This document shows positions 1 to 8,976 of a stretch of 59,865 bases of DNA, in pieces. Each line of letters opens with the position of its first letter. Positions within the stretch are counted from its first letter, which is position 1. The stretch spans positions 1 through 59,865 of the forward strand of contig JAJCXP010000025.1 of NCBI GenBank assembly GCA_029263375.1, given 5' to 3'. Under the pieces are notes generated by a model. It worked only from the letters and a program-made list of their open reading frames with translations, made no database searches and was not told the DNA's origin. The position numbers and the translations under genes are program-made. The stretch comes from Acidobacteriota bacterium. Its GTDB lineage: Bacteria > Acidobacteriota > Thermoanaerobaculia > Multivoradales > JAHEKO01.

Positions 1-1
1 C

Positions 2-2905
2 ATGTTCATCCGCGCCAAGAAGCCGCCGCCGCCGGGAACGGTCCTCGAATTCTCGTTCCAGCTCGGCGACGACTTCAACCTGATCGCCGGCAAGGCGGAG
101 GTGGTCTGGAACCGATCGCTCGCCGACGGCCCCGAGCGGCCCTCCGGGATGGGAGTCAAGTTCCTCGAGCTCGACAAGGTCAGCCGCCGGGTGCTCGATC
201 AGATCCTCGAGAAGAGGCTCGGCCAGGACGACACCAGTGACGACCTTGCCGACGACTCCAAGGCCGCGGCGCGAATCACCAAGCTCGAGCAGGCGCGTGA
301 CGCGCTTCAGGGCGAGCTCGACAAGATCCGCACGCAGCTGCAGTCGAGCCTCGAGCACCGCGACGAAGTCCGACGACGGCTCGAGGAGCGTCTCGCCGAC
401 GTCGAGCACGAGCGCGACCGACGGCGCGACGAGCAACACTCGCTGCAGAAGCAGCTCGAGACCGCCCAGGCGGAGCTCGAGGCAACCTTGGCCGCGCGCG
501 GTACCGAGCAGGCCGAGGTCCAGGCCGCCCTGGCCCAGCTCGAGCTAGCCCGCGCGGAGCATCAGGCCGACGACGCCGAGCGCGAAAGCGCGCAGGCTTT
601 GATCGAAAACGAGCGCGAAAGCGCGCAGGCTTTGATCGAGAACGAGCGCGAACGCGCGCAGGCTCTGGTGGAGTCCGAGCGAGCAGCCGCCGAAGCCGGA
701 GCTGACGAGACCCGCCGGGAGCTCGAAGCTGCCCGGACAGCTGTCGACGAGCTCCGAACGGAGCTCGAGGACGCGCGTGGGCAACGAGTGGCCGCGGAGG
801 AGCGGCTCGCCTCGGCGGAGTCCGCGCACAGAGAGCTCGAGCAGCAGCTCGAGACAGCGCTGGCAGAACGCGAGTCGTTGCGTGAGCGCCACCGCGCAGC
901 CGCCGACCAGCAGGACGAGATCCGGCAGCAATACGAGAGCAGCCTGGCGCAACAGCAGAGCCTCCGCGAGCAGGTCGAGGTCGCCGAGGCCGAGTGCGAG
1001 GAGCTCCGCCAGGAGCGCAACAGCGCAGTAGCAGCTCGGCGAACGCTAGGCGAGCAGCTCGAAGCCGCCGAGGCCGCGCAGCTGGCGCTCCGAAACGAGC
1101 TCGAGGCCTCCCAGGCGGAGCGCGAAGGGATCGGCTCGGAGCTCGCGGCGGCACAGGCGGACAATGCGCGCTCGATCTCGGACTGCGAGGCCCAGGCGGA
1201 ACGCATCGCCGAGCTCGAGGCGACGATCTCCCAAGCCGAAGGCACCATCGAGTCGAGTCGCGGGGAGGCCGAGACGGCGCGCGCCGACGCCGAAGCAGCG
1301 ACCCGCGACGCTGAGCTGGAGCGCCGGCGGCTGGCGGAAGCCCAGGCCGCGATCGCCGAGCTCGAAGAACGGACCCGAGAGCTCGTCGGGCGTAGCCGCG
1401 AGCTCGAGGAAGAGCTCCACGCGGAGCGCGAGGGGCGCGCTGAGGCTTCGCGCCAGATCGATGACCTTCAGACGAGCGTGTCCGAGCTCCGGGACGGCTC
1501 CGAGGTTCGGCTCGTGGCGCTCCGCGAGCAGCTCGCCGAGTCGGAGGAGCGCTGCGAGCGACGCCAGCAGCGGCTGGAGGCCGCGAGCGAGCAGACGGCG
1601 GTTCTACGGGATGAGCTCACCCAGCGTCATGAAGCCGAGATTCGCGTCCTCGAGGAGCAGATCGAGCAGGTACAAGCAGACCACGAGGATCGCGTTCACC
1701 GGACTGAAGCAGAGCTCGAGACGGCCCGTGGTCTGGAAGGCGAGCTGCGCGTCGAGCTCGAGCAAGCGGCTCAACAGCGCACCGAGCTCGAGAGTCGACT
1801 CGAACAGCAGGCGGAGCGTGAGCAGGCGATCCACTCCGAGGCGCTCGAAGCCGAGCGCGCCCTCAGAGAAGAGGTCGATCGACTCGAGAGCCGCCTCGCG
1901 GAGGAGAGCGACGCCCAGATCCAACAGCTTTCCGAAGCCGGCGCCGAGGTCGAGCGGCGGCAGCAGGAGCTCGAGGCGACCCTCGGCGACCTGAAGGAGC
2001 TGCGCGAGGAGTCCGGGCGATCGCTCGAGGGTCTCGAGCGTGAGCTGAGCGAGACGCGAGCCTCCGAGAGCCAGCTCCGCGAACAGCTCGAGTCCATCAC
2101 TCGCAAGCTCGAGCGCGAGAGCGAGAGCCGTGCCGGCCTCGCTGCCGAGCTCGACGAAGCGGCCGCCGACGCCGAGAGGATCGCAGAGGAGAATCGCGAG
2201 CTCGCCTCGATCCCGCCGGCCACCGGCCAGGTCGAGCGGAGAACCGGCCTGCGGCGACCCAGCGCCCTGCGCGCGGCCGCCCTGGTCGGCTTCGGTCTGG
2301 TCCTCGGTTTCATGGCCTCCTACCCGTACGAGACCCTTCTGGTCTCGGCGGACCCGATCATGATTCGTCCCGCGACGTCATTCGCCGGCTCTGGGAGCAC
2401 TCAGCCAACGGTAGCTCCGACGGCCGACGCTTTGGCCGCACTCACGCCCGAGACAGAGGACGACGCCCTGCTCTCCGCGACGGCCGAGCTCGCCAACGAG
2501 CCCGCGGTAGAGCCAGTGCAACCAGCTCTTGAAGAAACGCCGGTGCGACCCGCTCCTGAACATGCGGTGGAGCGCTGGGCAGTCGCCTGGTCCGAACAGC
2601 GCGTCGCAGACTACCTGAGCTCGTACGCGAGCACCTTCCAAGTGCCCGACGATCTCGAGCGTGCCGTCTGGGAGCTGCAGCGCGCTCGCCGCATCCAGAG
2701 CCCCGAGTCGATCCGCCTGACCCTCGGCAAGATCGAGACCGTCACGAGCGGCCCCGACACAGCCACCGCCAGCTTCAACCAGTCCTACGTGGCCGGCGCC
2801 TACAGCGATCGGGTGCGCAAGACCCTGGAGTTGACCTGGGAGGGCGAAGCCTGGCGAATCGCCCGCGAGACCTCCGCCCCGCTCGGCGAGCCCGGCAACA
2901 ACTAG
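2..2905 (+). CDS. PilZ-like (TIGR02266-type) domain / very long coiled-coil / single TM / C-terminal NTF2-like domain protein; 5' end cut by window edge
   Basis: The ORF is open from the window edge. Its N-terminus (MFIRAKKPPPPGTVLEFSFQLGDDFNLIAGKAEVVWN...GMGVKFLELD) is a clear paralogue of the second domain of the 4900..5691 product. It is followed by ~650 aa of E/A/R/L/Q-rich coiled-coil-type sequence and a hydrophobic helix (AALVGFGLVLGFMASY). The C-terminal ~110 aa is globular; the NTF2-like call for it is inference. Confidence 0.8.
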   Translation: MFIRAKKPPPPGTVLEFSFQLGDDFNLIAGKAEVVWNRSLADGPERPSGMGVKFLELDKVSRRVLDQILEKRLGQDDTSDDLADDSKAAARITKLEQARDALQGELDKIRTQLQSSLEHRDEVRRRLEERLADVEHERDRRRDEQHSLQKQLETAQAELEATLAARGTEQAEVQAALAQLELARAEHQADDAERESAQALIENERESAQALIENERERAQALVESERAAAEAGADETRRELEAARTAVDELRTELEDARGQRVAAEERLASAESAHRELEQQLETALAERESLRERHRAAADQQDEIRQQYESSLAQQQSLREQVEVAEAECEELRQERNSAVAARRTLGEQLEAAEAAQLALRNELEASQAEREGIGSELAAAQADNARSISDCEAQAERIAELEATISQAEGTIESSRGEAETARADAEAATRDAELERRRLAEAQAAIAELEERTRELVGRSRELEEELHAEREGRAEASRQIDDLQTSVSELRDGSEVRLVALREQLAESEERCERRQQRLEAASEQTAVLRDELTQRHEAEIRVLEEQIEQVQADHEDRVHRTEAELETARGLEGELRVELEQAAQQRTELESRLEQQAEREQAIHSEALEAERALREEVDRLESRLAEESDAQIQQLSEAGAEVERRQQELEATLGDLKELREESGRSLEGLERELSETRASESQLREQLESITRKLERESESRAGLAAELDEAAADAERIAEENRELASIPPATGQVERRTGLRRPSALRAAALVGFGLVLGFMASYPYETLLVSADPIMIRPATSFAGSGSTQPTVAPTADALAALTPETEDDALLSATAELANEPAVEPVQPALEETPVRPAPEHAVERWAVAWSEQRVADYLSSYASTFQVPDDLERAVWELQRARRIQSPESIRLTLGKIETVTSGPDTATASFNQSYVAGAYSDRVRKTLELTWEGEAWRIARETSAPLGEPGNN
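578..676 (+). repeat. In-frame tandem repeat, 3 x 33 nt (11 aa: ERESAQALIEN, ERESAQALIEN, ERERAQALVES) inside the coiled-coil gene
   Basis: Read directly: gagcgcgaaagcgcgcaggctttgatcgaaaac is followed by a near-identical copy and then a diverged third copy. Confidence 0.85.
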
Positions 2906-3585
2906 CCCGACTTGCGCTGCCGCTTGCGGGCGACCGCCCTCGGGATGTACTCGATCGCGTTCGGGGTCTTGCAGCCGGTCTCCCCGTGGTCGACCTCGAC
3001 CGGTCCGATCCGGCGCGCCGCCGCGAGTGCCTTCTTCTCGAGCTTGGCGTTGCGCATGCCGATCGCGATCAGCGCGTTGTTCATCGAATAGCGCACCCGG
3101 TTCTTCGCCCTGCCGATGCGTGCCTCGATGGTCTCGAGATAGGACTCGAAGACGCTGTTCGGGACCCCCTCACCCTTGAGCGCCTGGCTGGTGACAAGAC
3201 TCCAGCCCACTTGACCGGCAAACTCGGCACGAGCCCGTGACCACACCCGGCGCTTGCTGTCGACGAATCTGGTCTTGGCCACCAGGCCGCCGAAGGCGTC
3301 GGCGAGCGGATAGCAGTCGAGGTCGCGCAACCAGGCGTCGAGGGTCGAACTGCGGATCTTCTCGGGATCGGCCACCATCGCCGCCAACATGCGCGCGTCG
3401 TGATTACCGCTCGCCCAGAGCCGCTCGGCAAGCGCCTGATCCCGCTTGATCTTCTTCGCCAGCTTGCCCAGGACAGCGTAGCTGACTCCGAACATTGCGC
3501 CCTGCACCCCATGCCGGGCGTAGACCTTGCGGTTCTGGGCCGTTCCGGCCGCCTTCAGCGATCTGATCGCGTTCTGATAGTTCAT
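2902..3585 (-). CDS. DNA alkylation repair protein (AlkC/AlkD-like HEAT-repeat family)
   Basis: The 227-aa product (MNYQNAIRSLKAAGTAQNRKVYARHGV...WASGNHDARMLAAMVADP...) looks like the DNA alkylation repair enzyme family. GGAGG lies upstream of the ATG at 3585. Confidence 0.7.
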   Translation of the reverse strand: MNYQNAIRSLKAAGTAQNRKVYARHGVQGAMFGVSYAVLGKLAKKIKRDQALAERLWASGNHDARMLAAMVADPEKIRSSTLDAWLRDLDCYPLADAFGGLVAKTRFVDSKRRVWSRARAEFAGQVGWSLVTSQALKGEGVPNSVFESYLETIEARIGRAKNRVRYSMNNALIAIGMRNAKLEKKALAAARRIGPVEVDHGETGCKTPNAIEYIPRAVARKRQRKSG

Positions 3586-3663
3586 TTCCGCCTCCGAGCC
3601 CTCGATGACTGCCGGATTCTAGTCCGGATAGAGTCGGCACCGACCGAGAGAGGCGGGTTCGAG

Positions 3664-4821
3664 ATGGCAAAGAAGACGCGCAAAGGCGCCCCAAAGAAGA
3701 GCACACCCAAGAAGAGCTCCGCTCGCGCGGCACCGTCGCGGGTCGACGTCGTTGGCAAGATCCGCACCGAGGCACGGACCGTCCGCAAGAAGATCCTCGA
3801 GCGGACCGCACCGTCGATGAAGTTCCCGCTGCGTAGTCTGGCGAACGTGATCTACCGACCCGCCAAGGGCTACTTTCAGCTCAAGGGCAAGAAGAAGGAG
3901 CGCACGCTGACCGTCAGCACGGTCAAGACCTTCGCCCAGACATTGCGGATGATGGCGCTCTCGAAAGAGCTGGTCGAGACCGACGACATCGCCACCAAGC
4001 GAGAGGCGTACTACGTCAGCAAGAACTGGGATGACGCGCGCTTCGGCGAGCAGCCGGAAAGCGACGCAGTGATGGAGGATGTCGAGGCGCTGTTCGGCGT
4101 CAACCGTGAGCAGCTCGGCTTCATCCCCGAGGAGAAGGGCGGCGATGTCGCCGGACGCCTGGTGGTGATCGATCGCGATCGCGAGACCGACGAAGAGCTG
4201 CGCATCGACTGCACCCGGTTCGGCAGCGGCGCCTACTCGATTCCGATCTCGGTCGAGGACCTCGAGTTCGAGACCGAGGCGGAGTTCATCCTGGCGATCG
4301 AAACGGCGGGAATGTTCCAGCGCCTGGTCAAGCACACCTACTGGCGCCAGGCGAACTGCATCCTGGTGTCGCTCGGCGGCGTGCCCACCCGCGCCTGCCG
4401 TCGCTTCATCCGCCGGCTGGCCGACTCGAAGAAGCTGCCGGTCTACGTATTCGTCGACGGCGACCCCTACGGCTACTCCAACATCTACCGCACCCTCAAG
4501 GTCGGCAGCGGGAACGCGGCACATCTCAACGAGTTCTTCTGCGTGCCCCAGGCCCGATTCCTGGGCGTCACTCCGGGCGACATCGCCGAGTACGACCTGC
4601 CTACCCACCCGCTCAAACAGGTCGACATCAAGCGCGCCAAGGACGCACTCAAGAACGACCCCTTCATCCGCCACCACCGGCAGTGGCGGCGGGCGCTCGA
4701 GCAGCAGATCAAGATGGGGGTTCGCGTCGAACAGCAGGCGCTCGCCAAGCACGGCCTCAACTACGTCATCGACGAGTACCTGCCCCGCAAGATGGCCAAC
4801 ACCGAGGCCTTTCTTCCTTGA
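3664..4821 (+). CDS. top6A: DNA topoisomerase VI subunit A (Spo11/Top6A family)
   Basis: The translation carries the 5Y-CAP motif KREAYYVSKNW, the Toprim Glu (LAIETAGMF) and the Toprim acidic cluster VFVDGDPYGY. The C-terminus (VEQQALAKHGLNYVIDEYLPRK) resembles archaeal Top6A. I moved the start to ATG 3664 (MAKKTRKG...) because 3400..3585 overlaps the divergent AlkD-like gene. Confidence 0.85.
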   Translation: MAKKTRKGAPKKSTPKKSSARAAPSRVDVVGKIRTEARTVRKKILERTAPSMKFPLRSLANVIYRPAKGYFQLKGKKKERTLTVSTVKTFAQTLRMMALSKELVETDDIATKREAYYVSKNWDDARFGEQPESDAVMEDVEALFGVNREQLGFIPEEKGGDVAGRLVVIDRDRETDEELRIDCTRFGSGAYSIPISVEDLEFETEAEFILAIETAGMFQRLVKHTYWRQANCILVSLGGVPTRACRRFIRRLADSKKLPVYVFVDGDPYGYSNIYRTLKVGSGNAAHLNEFFCVPQARFLGVTPGDIAEYDLPTHPLKQVDIKRAKDALKNDPFIRHHRQWRRALEQQIKMGVRVEQQALAKHGLNYVIDEYLPRKMANTEAFLP

Positions 4822-4899
4822 ACATAGACGAATGAATCGACGTGTGGACTGGTCCATTGGGAGCCCTGAGGTCCATCTCTACCCTCAGCATCGAGAGCA

Positions 4900-5691
4900 A
4901 TGGGAGACCGGCGTGAATTTCCGCGGCTGGCGCTCACTCTGGAGGCTCGGTACCGCGCGGAGGGGTCGGTGCTGGGGCGACGGGCGACGCTGAGCGATCT
5001 GAGTGCAAAAGGCGTGTCGTTCGTCGCCGAAGAGCCACTCGAGCCCGGAACCCGCATCCACTACCTGCGCTTCACCCTGGGGCAAGAGCCGGCCACCCAC
5101 ACCCTGCGCCCCGCCGCCTTGGTCGTGCGCTGCGCGCGCCAGCCGGCCGTCGGCCGTTCCCACGAGTTCCTGATCGGCGCTGAGCTCGAGGAGCTCGGCC
5201 CCGCCGAGCACGCGATCGTCGAGGCCTTCGTGGCCGAGAGGCTCGCGAGCGTAGACGAGCCCGACGGCTCGGGCATCGACCTCGAGACGCCGGTGGCGGT
5301 CAGGTTCGAGCGCTTCGACGAGTTCGTCACCGAGGTCTCGAAGAACCTCTCGCGCACCGGCATGTTCATCCGCAGCGAGCGGCCGCAGCCGACCGGGTCT
5401 CGATTCGACTTCATCCTGCAGCTCGGCGACGATTTCAAGATCGTCCAGGGCCGCGCCGAGGTGGTCTGGAACCGGGCCAGTAGCGAAGGCGAGGATCAGC
5501 CGCCCGGAATGGGCATTCGCTTTCTGAGCCTCGACAGAAGCAGCGAGAACGTTCTCGGCCGCCTGATCGACGCACACGCCCAGGCCGAAATCCCCCGAGC
5601 GCTCGCTCTGGGGACGACGCCGACCCGACGCCCGGCTGATCCGCGCCCAGCCCTCCCAGCAGATGGGGCGGGGTCTCGAGACTTGCGATAG
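4900..5691 (+). CDS. Tandem PilZ-domain protein (canonical PilZ plus TIGR02266-like PilZ)
   Basis: Domain 1 has RxxxR (RREFPR) and DxSxxG (DLSAKG). Domain 2 has NLSRTG and is paralogous to the N-terminus of the 2..2905 product. Confidence 0.8.
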   Translation: MGDRREFPRLALTLEARYRAEGSVLGRRATLSDLSAKGVSFVAEEPLEPGTRIHYLRFTLGQEPATHTLRPAALVVRCARQPAVGRSHEFLIGAELEELGPAEHAIVEAFVAERLASVDEPDGSGIDLETPVAVRFERFDEFVTEVSKNLSRTGMFIRSERPQPTGSRFDFILQLGDDFKIVQGRAEVVWNRASSEGEDQPPGMGIRFLSLDRSSENVLGRLIDAHAQAEIPRALALGTTPTRRPADPRPALPADGAGSRDLR

Positions 5692-5727
5692 GCTCTCGCA
5701 AGCGACCTTTCGGAAGACCTGCTTTGA

Positions 5728-7038
5728 GTGGGGGGGCAAGTGAAGCCGGCGGTTTTCTTCTTTTGCTGTTTTGTAGCGAGTTTTGGAGCTCTGGGCGCGA
5801 GCGCCCCGGTGCAGCCTGAGGCGACACCGGAGGTAGCTGTCGCCGCGCCGGCCGAGGTCCACGTGGACTTCGATGTCGCGGTCGCCACGCGCGCCTACCT
5901 CGATCGGTTGACTCCCGAGGAGAGGGAGCGGTCCGACTCCTACTTCGAGGGCGGCTACTGGCTGCAGATCTGGGGGCTCCTGTACACCCTGGGCTTCTCC
6001 TGGCTGCTGCTCGGCACCGGTCTGTCGGCGCACATGCGCGATCTCGCCCACCGGCTCGGCCGTTGGCGGCCCCTTCAGACCGTGCTCTACGTGCTCCAGT
6101 ACCTGGTGGTCGCCACCATCCTGTACTTCCCCTTGACCTGGTACCAGGGCTTCCACCGCGAGCACCAGTACGGCCTCGCGACCCAGAGCTTCGGCGCCTG
6201 GTTCTCCGAGCAGCTGCTCGGGCTCCTGGTCAGCGCCGTCATGCTGTCGCTTCTGCTGGTGCCGCTCTACGCGGTCTTCCGACGCGCCCCGCGCACCTGG
6301 TGGGCCTGGGGCGCCCTGATCGGCGTCGGCTTCATGATCTCCGCCATCCTGATCGCGCCGGTCTACATCGACCCGATCTTCAACACCTACGTCACCCTCG
6401 AGGATCCCGAGGTGAAGGACCCGATCCTGTCCCTGGCTCGGGCCAGCGGCATCGATGCCGACCGCGTCTATCAGTTCGACGCCTCGCGACAGACCAACCG
6501 GATCAGCGCCAACGTCTCGGGATTCGCCGGCACGATGGCGATCCGGCTCAACGACAATCTGCTCGAGCGCTGCACGCTGCCCGAGATCCAAGCCGTGATG
6601 GCGCACGAGATCGGCCACTACGCCCTCAATCACATCTACGAATCGATCATCTTTCTCGGTCTCGTGCTGGTGCTCGGCCTGCTGTTCGTGCGCTGGGGCT
6701 TCGAGCGCGCGATCGCCCGTTGGGGCGCCCGCTGGCGGGTCGACGGCATCGGCGACCTGGCGGGGCTACCCCTCCTCAGTGCGCTCTTCGCGATCTACTT
6801 CTTCCTCGGCACACCGTTTCTGAACAGCTACATCCGGGTAAACGAGGCCGAGGCCGACATGTTCGCGCTGCACGCTTCCCGCCAGCCGGAGGGCTTCGCC
6901 GAGGTGGCGCTCAAGCTGGGCGAGTACCGCAAGCTGGATCCCGGCCCGCTCGAAGAGTGGATCTTCTTCGATCACCCGAGTGGTCGCGCGCGCATCGAGA
7001 TGGCCATGAGGTGGCGAGCTGAGCATCTGAATGAATGA
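5728..7038 (+). CDS. M48 family (Ste24/HtpX-like) membrane zinc metallopeptidase
   Basis: There are several hydrophobic helices, the HEXXH motif (MAHEIGHY) and a downstream NEAEAD. The track start is GTG; an alternative GTG lies at 5740. Confidence 0.8.
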   Translation: MGGQVKPAVFFFCCFVASFGALGASAPVQPEATPEVAVAAPAEVHVDFDVAVATRAYLDRLTPEERERSDSYFEGGYWLQIWGLLYTLGFSWLLLGTGLSAHMRDLAHRLGRWRPLQTVLYVLQYLVVATILYFPLTWYQGFHREHQYGLATQSFGAWFSEQLLGLLVSAVMLSLLLVPLYAVFRRAPRTWWAWGALIGVGFMISAILIAPVYIDPIFNTYVTLEDPEVKDPILSLARASGIDADRVYQFDASRQTNRISANVSGFAGTMAIRLNDNLLERCTLPEIQAVMAHEIGHYALNHIYESIIFLGLVLVLGLLFVRWGFERAIARWGARWRVDGIGDLAGLPLLSALFAIYFFLGTPFLNSYIRVNEAEADMFALHASRQPEGFAEVALKLGEYRKLDPGPLEEWIFFDHPSGRARIEMAMRWRAEHLNE

Positions 7039-7042
7039 AATC

Positions 7043-7096
7043 GAGAGGGGGGGTCCGTCTCACCACGGACCGCCACTCTCTTTGAATCTTTATTTG
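7043..7096 (+). terminator. Rho-independent-type terminator after the M48 peptidase gene
   Basis: The hairpin gagag-ggggg-gtccgt / acggac-cgcca-ctctc is followed by a T-rich tract (tttgaatctttattt). Confidence 0.55.
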
Positions 7097-7110
7097 ACTG
7101 GGGGTTTTCG

Positions 7111-7935
7111 ATGGGATCCAAGCTACTCGCGACTCACTTCCTGCTGCTCTCCGTGCTCTTGGGCTCGGCCGCCACATCGGCCGCAAAGTCCAAAGTGACG
7201 TTTCGATCCAACCCACCGGGCGCCACCGTGACCGACAGTGCGATGGGTGAGCTCGGCGTGACACCGTTCGAGCTCAACCTCAAGCGCAACACCGCTCTCG
7301 AGTGCACTTTCTCGAAGCGTGGTTACGAGAGCCGCACCGTCACCAGCACGGTTGACGCGCTCAAGGTCGAGGTGCGAGGCGACCTGCCGGCGCTCCCGGC
7401 GACCACGGTGCGGTTGGGGGTCGAGCCACGACAGACCATGGTCAAACTGAGCGCGGCCGATGGCACCGAGGTCTATTCCGGCGAAGGAGGGCGTGTACAC
7501 ACGCTGCCCGGAGATCACTGGGGGAGCGCCGACATCGCGACCTTCCACCTCGAGGCGTGGGCGCCCGGATACCGTCCGCTCGAGGAGGAGATCGTTCTGA
7601 CCAAGCACGAGTATCACGACCACTCCATCTCCCTTGCCGAGCTGTCGACGATCCTGACCGTCAGCTCCGAGCCCGCAGGGGTCCGAGTCTCCTCGCAGTT
7701 CCTCGGCGACCTGGGAATCACGCCGCTCGAGACCCGCGTGGCGCTGGTCGATCTGATGCGCGCACGCTCGCGACAGAATGCCGAGCAGGGCAACCCGGGA
7801 CGGATGTTGTTGACCTTCTCGAAGCCGGGTTACCGGAGCAGCGCGAGTCAGATTCTTCTCGATTTCGAGCGTGCTGAGAACGCCCTCAACGTCTCCCTCG
7901 ACGAGCTCGCCGTCGAAGCTGGGGGCAGCCGCTAG
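7111..7935 (+). CDS. Secreted PEGA-domain protein
   Basis: It has a signal peptide (LLLSVLLGSAATSAA). Repeated modules of the type V.F.S.P.GA.V....LG.TP are typical of PEGA domains. Confidence 0.65.
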   Translation: MGSKLLATHFLLLSVLLGSAATSAAKSKVTFRSNPPGATVTDSAMGELGVTPFELNLKRNTALECTFSKRGYESRTVTSTVDALKVEVRGDLPALPATTVRLGVEPRQTMVKLSAADGTEVYSGEGGRVHTLPGDHWGSADIATFHLEAWAPGYRPLEEEIVLTKHEYHDHSISLAELSTILTVSSEPAGVRVSSQFLGDLGITPLETRVALVDLMRARSRQNAEQGNPGRMLLTFSKPGYRSSASQILLDFERAENALNVSLDELAVEAGGSR

Positions 7936-8031
7936 CTTTAGATTGGTAGGGCGGCGGGAACCTTCCTCTGGCTCGAGCGTTGTCTGGTATGAACAGGGGG
8001 CGGACAACCGCCGCTGGAAAAAGGAGCTCGA

Positions 8032-8838
8032 ATGGACATGAAGAGAGAGCTGAGAACACTGCGCAGGGTCGGCTCGGCCTGCTGTGCTCTGATGGTCCCC
8101 ATCTTGATCGCCGGACCGGCGTTCGCCGAGGACGAGGAGCAGGTCAAAGTCGTCAAGAAGGTGATCGTCCGCTGCGACGGCGACGAGTGCGAGGAGAGCG
8201 GCGATCACATCGTCCTGGACGTCGAGAGCCTGCACGACCAGCACGGTTTCGCCTGGATATCCGGCGACGGCCCGGGACACATGACCTTCCGCACCCATGG
8301 GGGTGGCGGCTACCTGGGCATCGAGCTCGCCGAGCTGACGCCCGAGCTCCGGCGCCACTTCGGGGTCGACGAGAGCGCCGGCGTGATGGTCTCGAAGGTC
8401 CTCGACGACAGCCCCGCCGCGCGCGCCGGTCTCAAGGTAGGCGACATCATCAGCGCGGTCGAAGGCGAGGCTGTGGCCACGAGTCACGGGCTGGCGAGCG
8501 CGATCCGCAAGAAGGAAGAGGGCCAATCGGTCCTGCTCGAGATCTGGCGTGACGGCTCGGTCTCGAATCTGACCGCTGCGGTCGAGGAGCGCAAGCCGAT
8601 GGAGCACGGCATGGACTGGTCGTTCGTCGTCGACTGCAAGGACGAAGCGGGGGACTGCTCGTTCGCACGTCGGCGGATGCTCCACCACAAGCTCTCCGGC
8701 GGCCACGGGGATGCATGCGCGGGGGGGACCCCATGCGAGGTCAAAATCCAGTGCGAGAGTGAGGATCGCTCGGACTGCGAGTGCACGGTGAACGGCGAGG
8801 CCACCGACTGCGCCACCCTGCCGGGCTTCGACGACTAG
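8032..8838 (+). CDS. Secreted PDZ-domain protein with Cys-rich C-terminal tail
   Basis: It has a signal peptide (CCALMVPILIAGPAFA) and a PDZ signature (GYLGIEL...GVMVSKVLDDSPAARAGLKVGDIISAVEG). AAGGAG lies upstream of the ATG. Confidence 0.7.
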   Translation: MDMKRELRTLRRVGSACCALMVPILIAGPAFAEDEEQVKVVKKVIVRCDGDECEESGDHIVLDVESLHDQHGFAWISGDGPGHMTFRTHGGGGYLGIELAELTPELRRHFGVDESAGVMVSKVLDDSPAARAGLKVGDIISAVEGEAVATSHGLASAIRKKEEGQSVLLEIWRDGSVSNLTAAVEERKPMEHGMDWSFVVDCKDEAGDCSFARRRMLHHKLSGGHGDACAGGTPCEVKIQCESEDRSDCECTVNGEATDCATLPGFDD

Positions 8839-8940
8839 CCCGACCTTCTCACGCCGTCGCGTCGCGAGAGGCCGTAGTTCCTGAAGATGCAAGGCACCCG
8901 GCTGCGCAACGACGCAAGCGTACTCAGCCTAGCTTCTAGC

Positions 8941-8976
8941 ACGGCGTCGTCTACGGTCTCTTGTAGACGACGCCGT
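8941..8976. terminator. Perfect 13-bp stem / 10-nt loop hairpin at a convergent gene junction (possible bidirectional terminator, no clear U-tract)
   Basis: acggcgtcgtcta (8941-8953) is the exact reverse complement of tagacgacgccgt (8964-8976). The right arm and loop encode the last residues and stop codon of the minus-strand amidohydrolase. Confidence 0.35.

Noticed and set aside
2902-2905. Convergent genes sharing or abutting stop codons within CTAG/TAGCTA palindromes, here and at 22016-22021.
   Set aside because: This is probably just tight gene packing. There is no hairpin or other structure around these sites to suggest a dedicated element.
3400-3663. The N-terminal 88 codons of the track ORF for Top6A.
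   Set aside because: They overlap the divergent AlkD-like gene and have no similarity to Top6A. ATG 3664 gives a sensible basic N-terminal tail.
4885-6633. A 582-aa minus-strand ORF opposite the PilZ and M48 peptidase genes.
   Set aside because: It is a shadow ORF. The plus-strand products carry canonical PilZ and HEXXH motifs, whereas this one is low-complexity (G/R/A/D/E-rich).
7123-8892. A 589-aa minus-strand ORF spanning the PEGA and PDZ genes.
   Set aside because: It is antisense to two ORFs that have clear signal peptides, domains and SD sites. Its R/A/G/V-rich composition is typical of shadow ORFs in high-G+C DNA, and it has no recognisable motifs.
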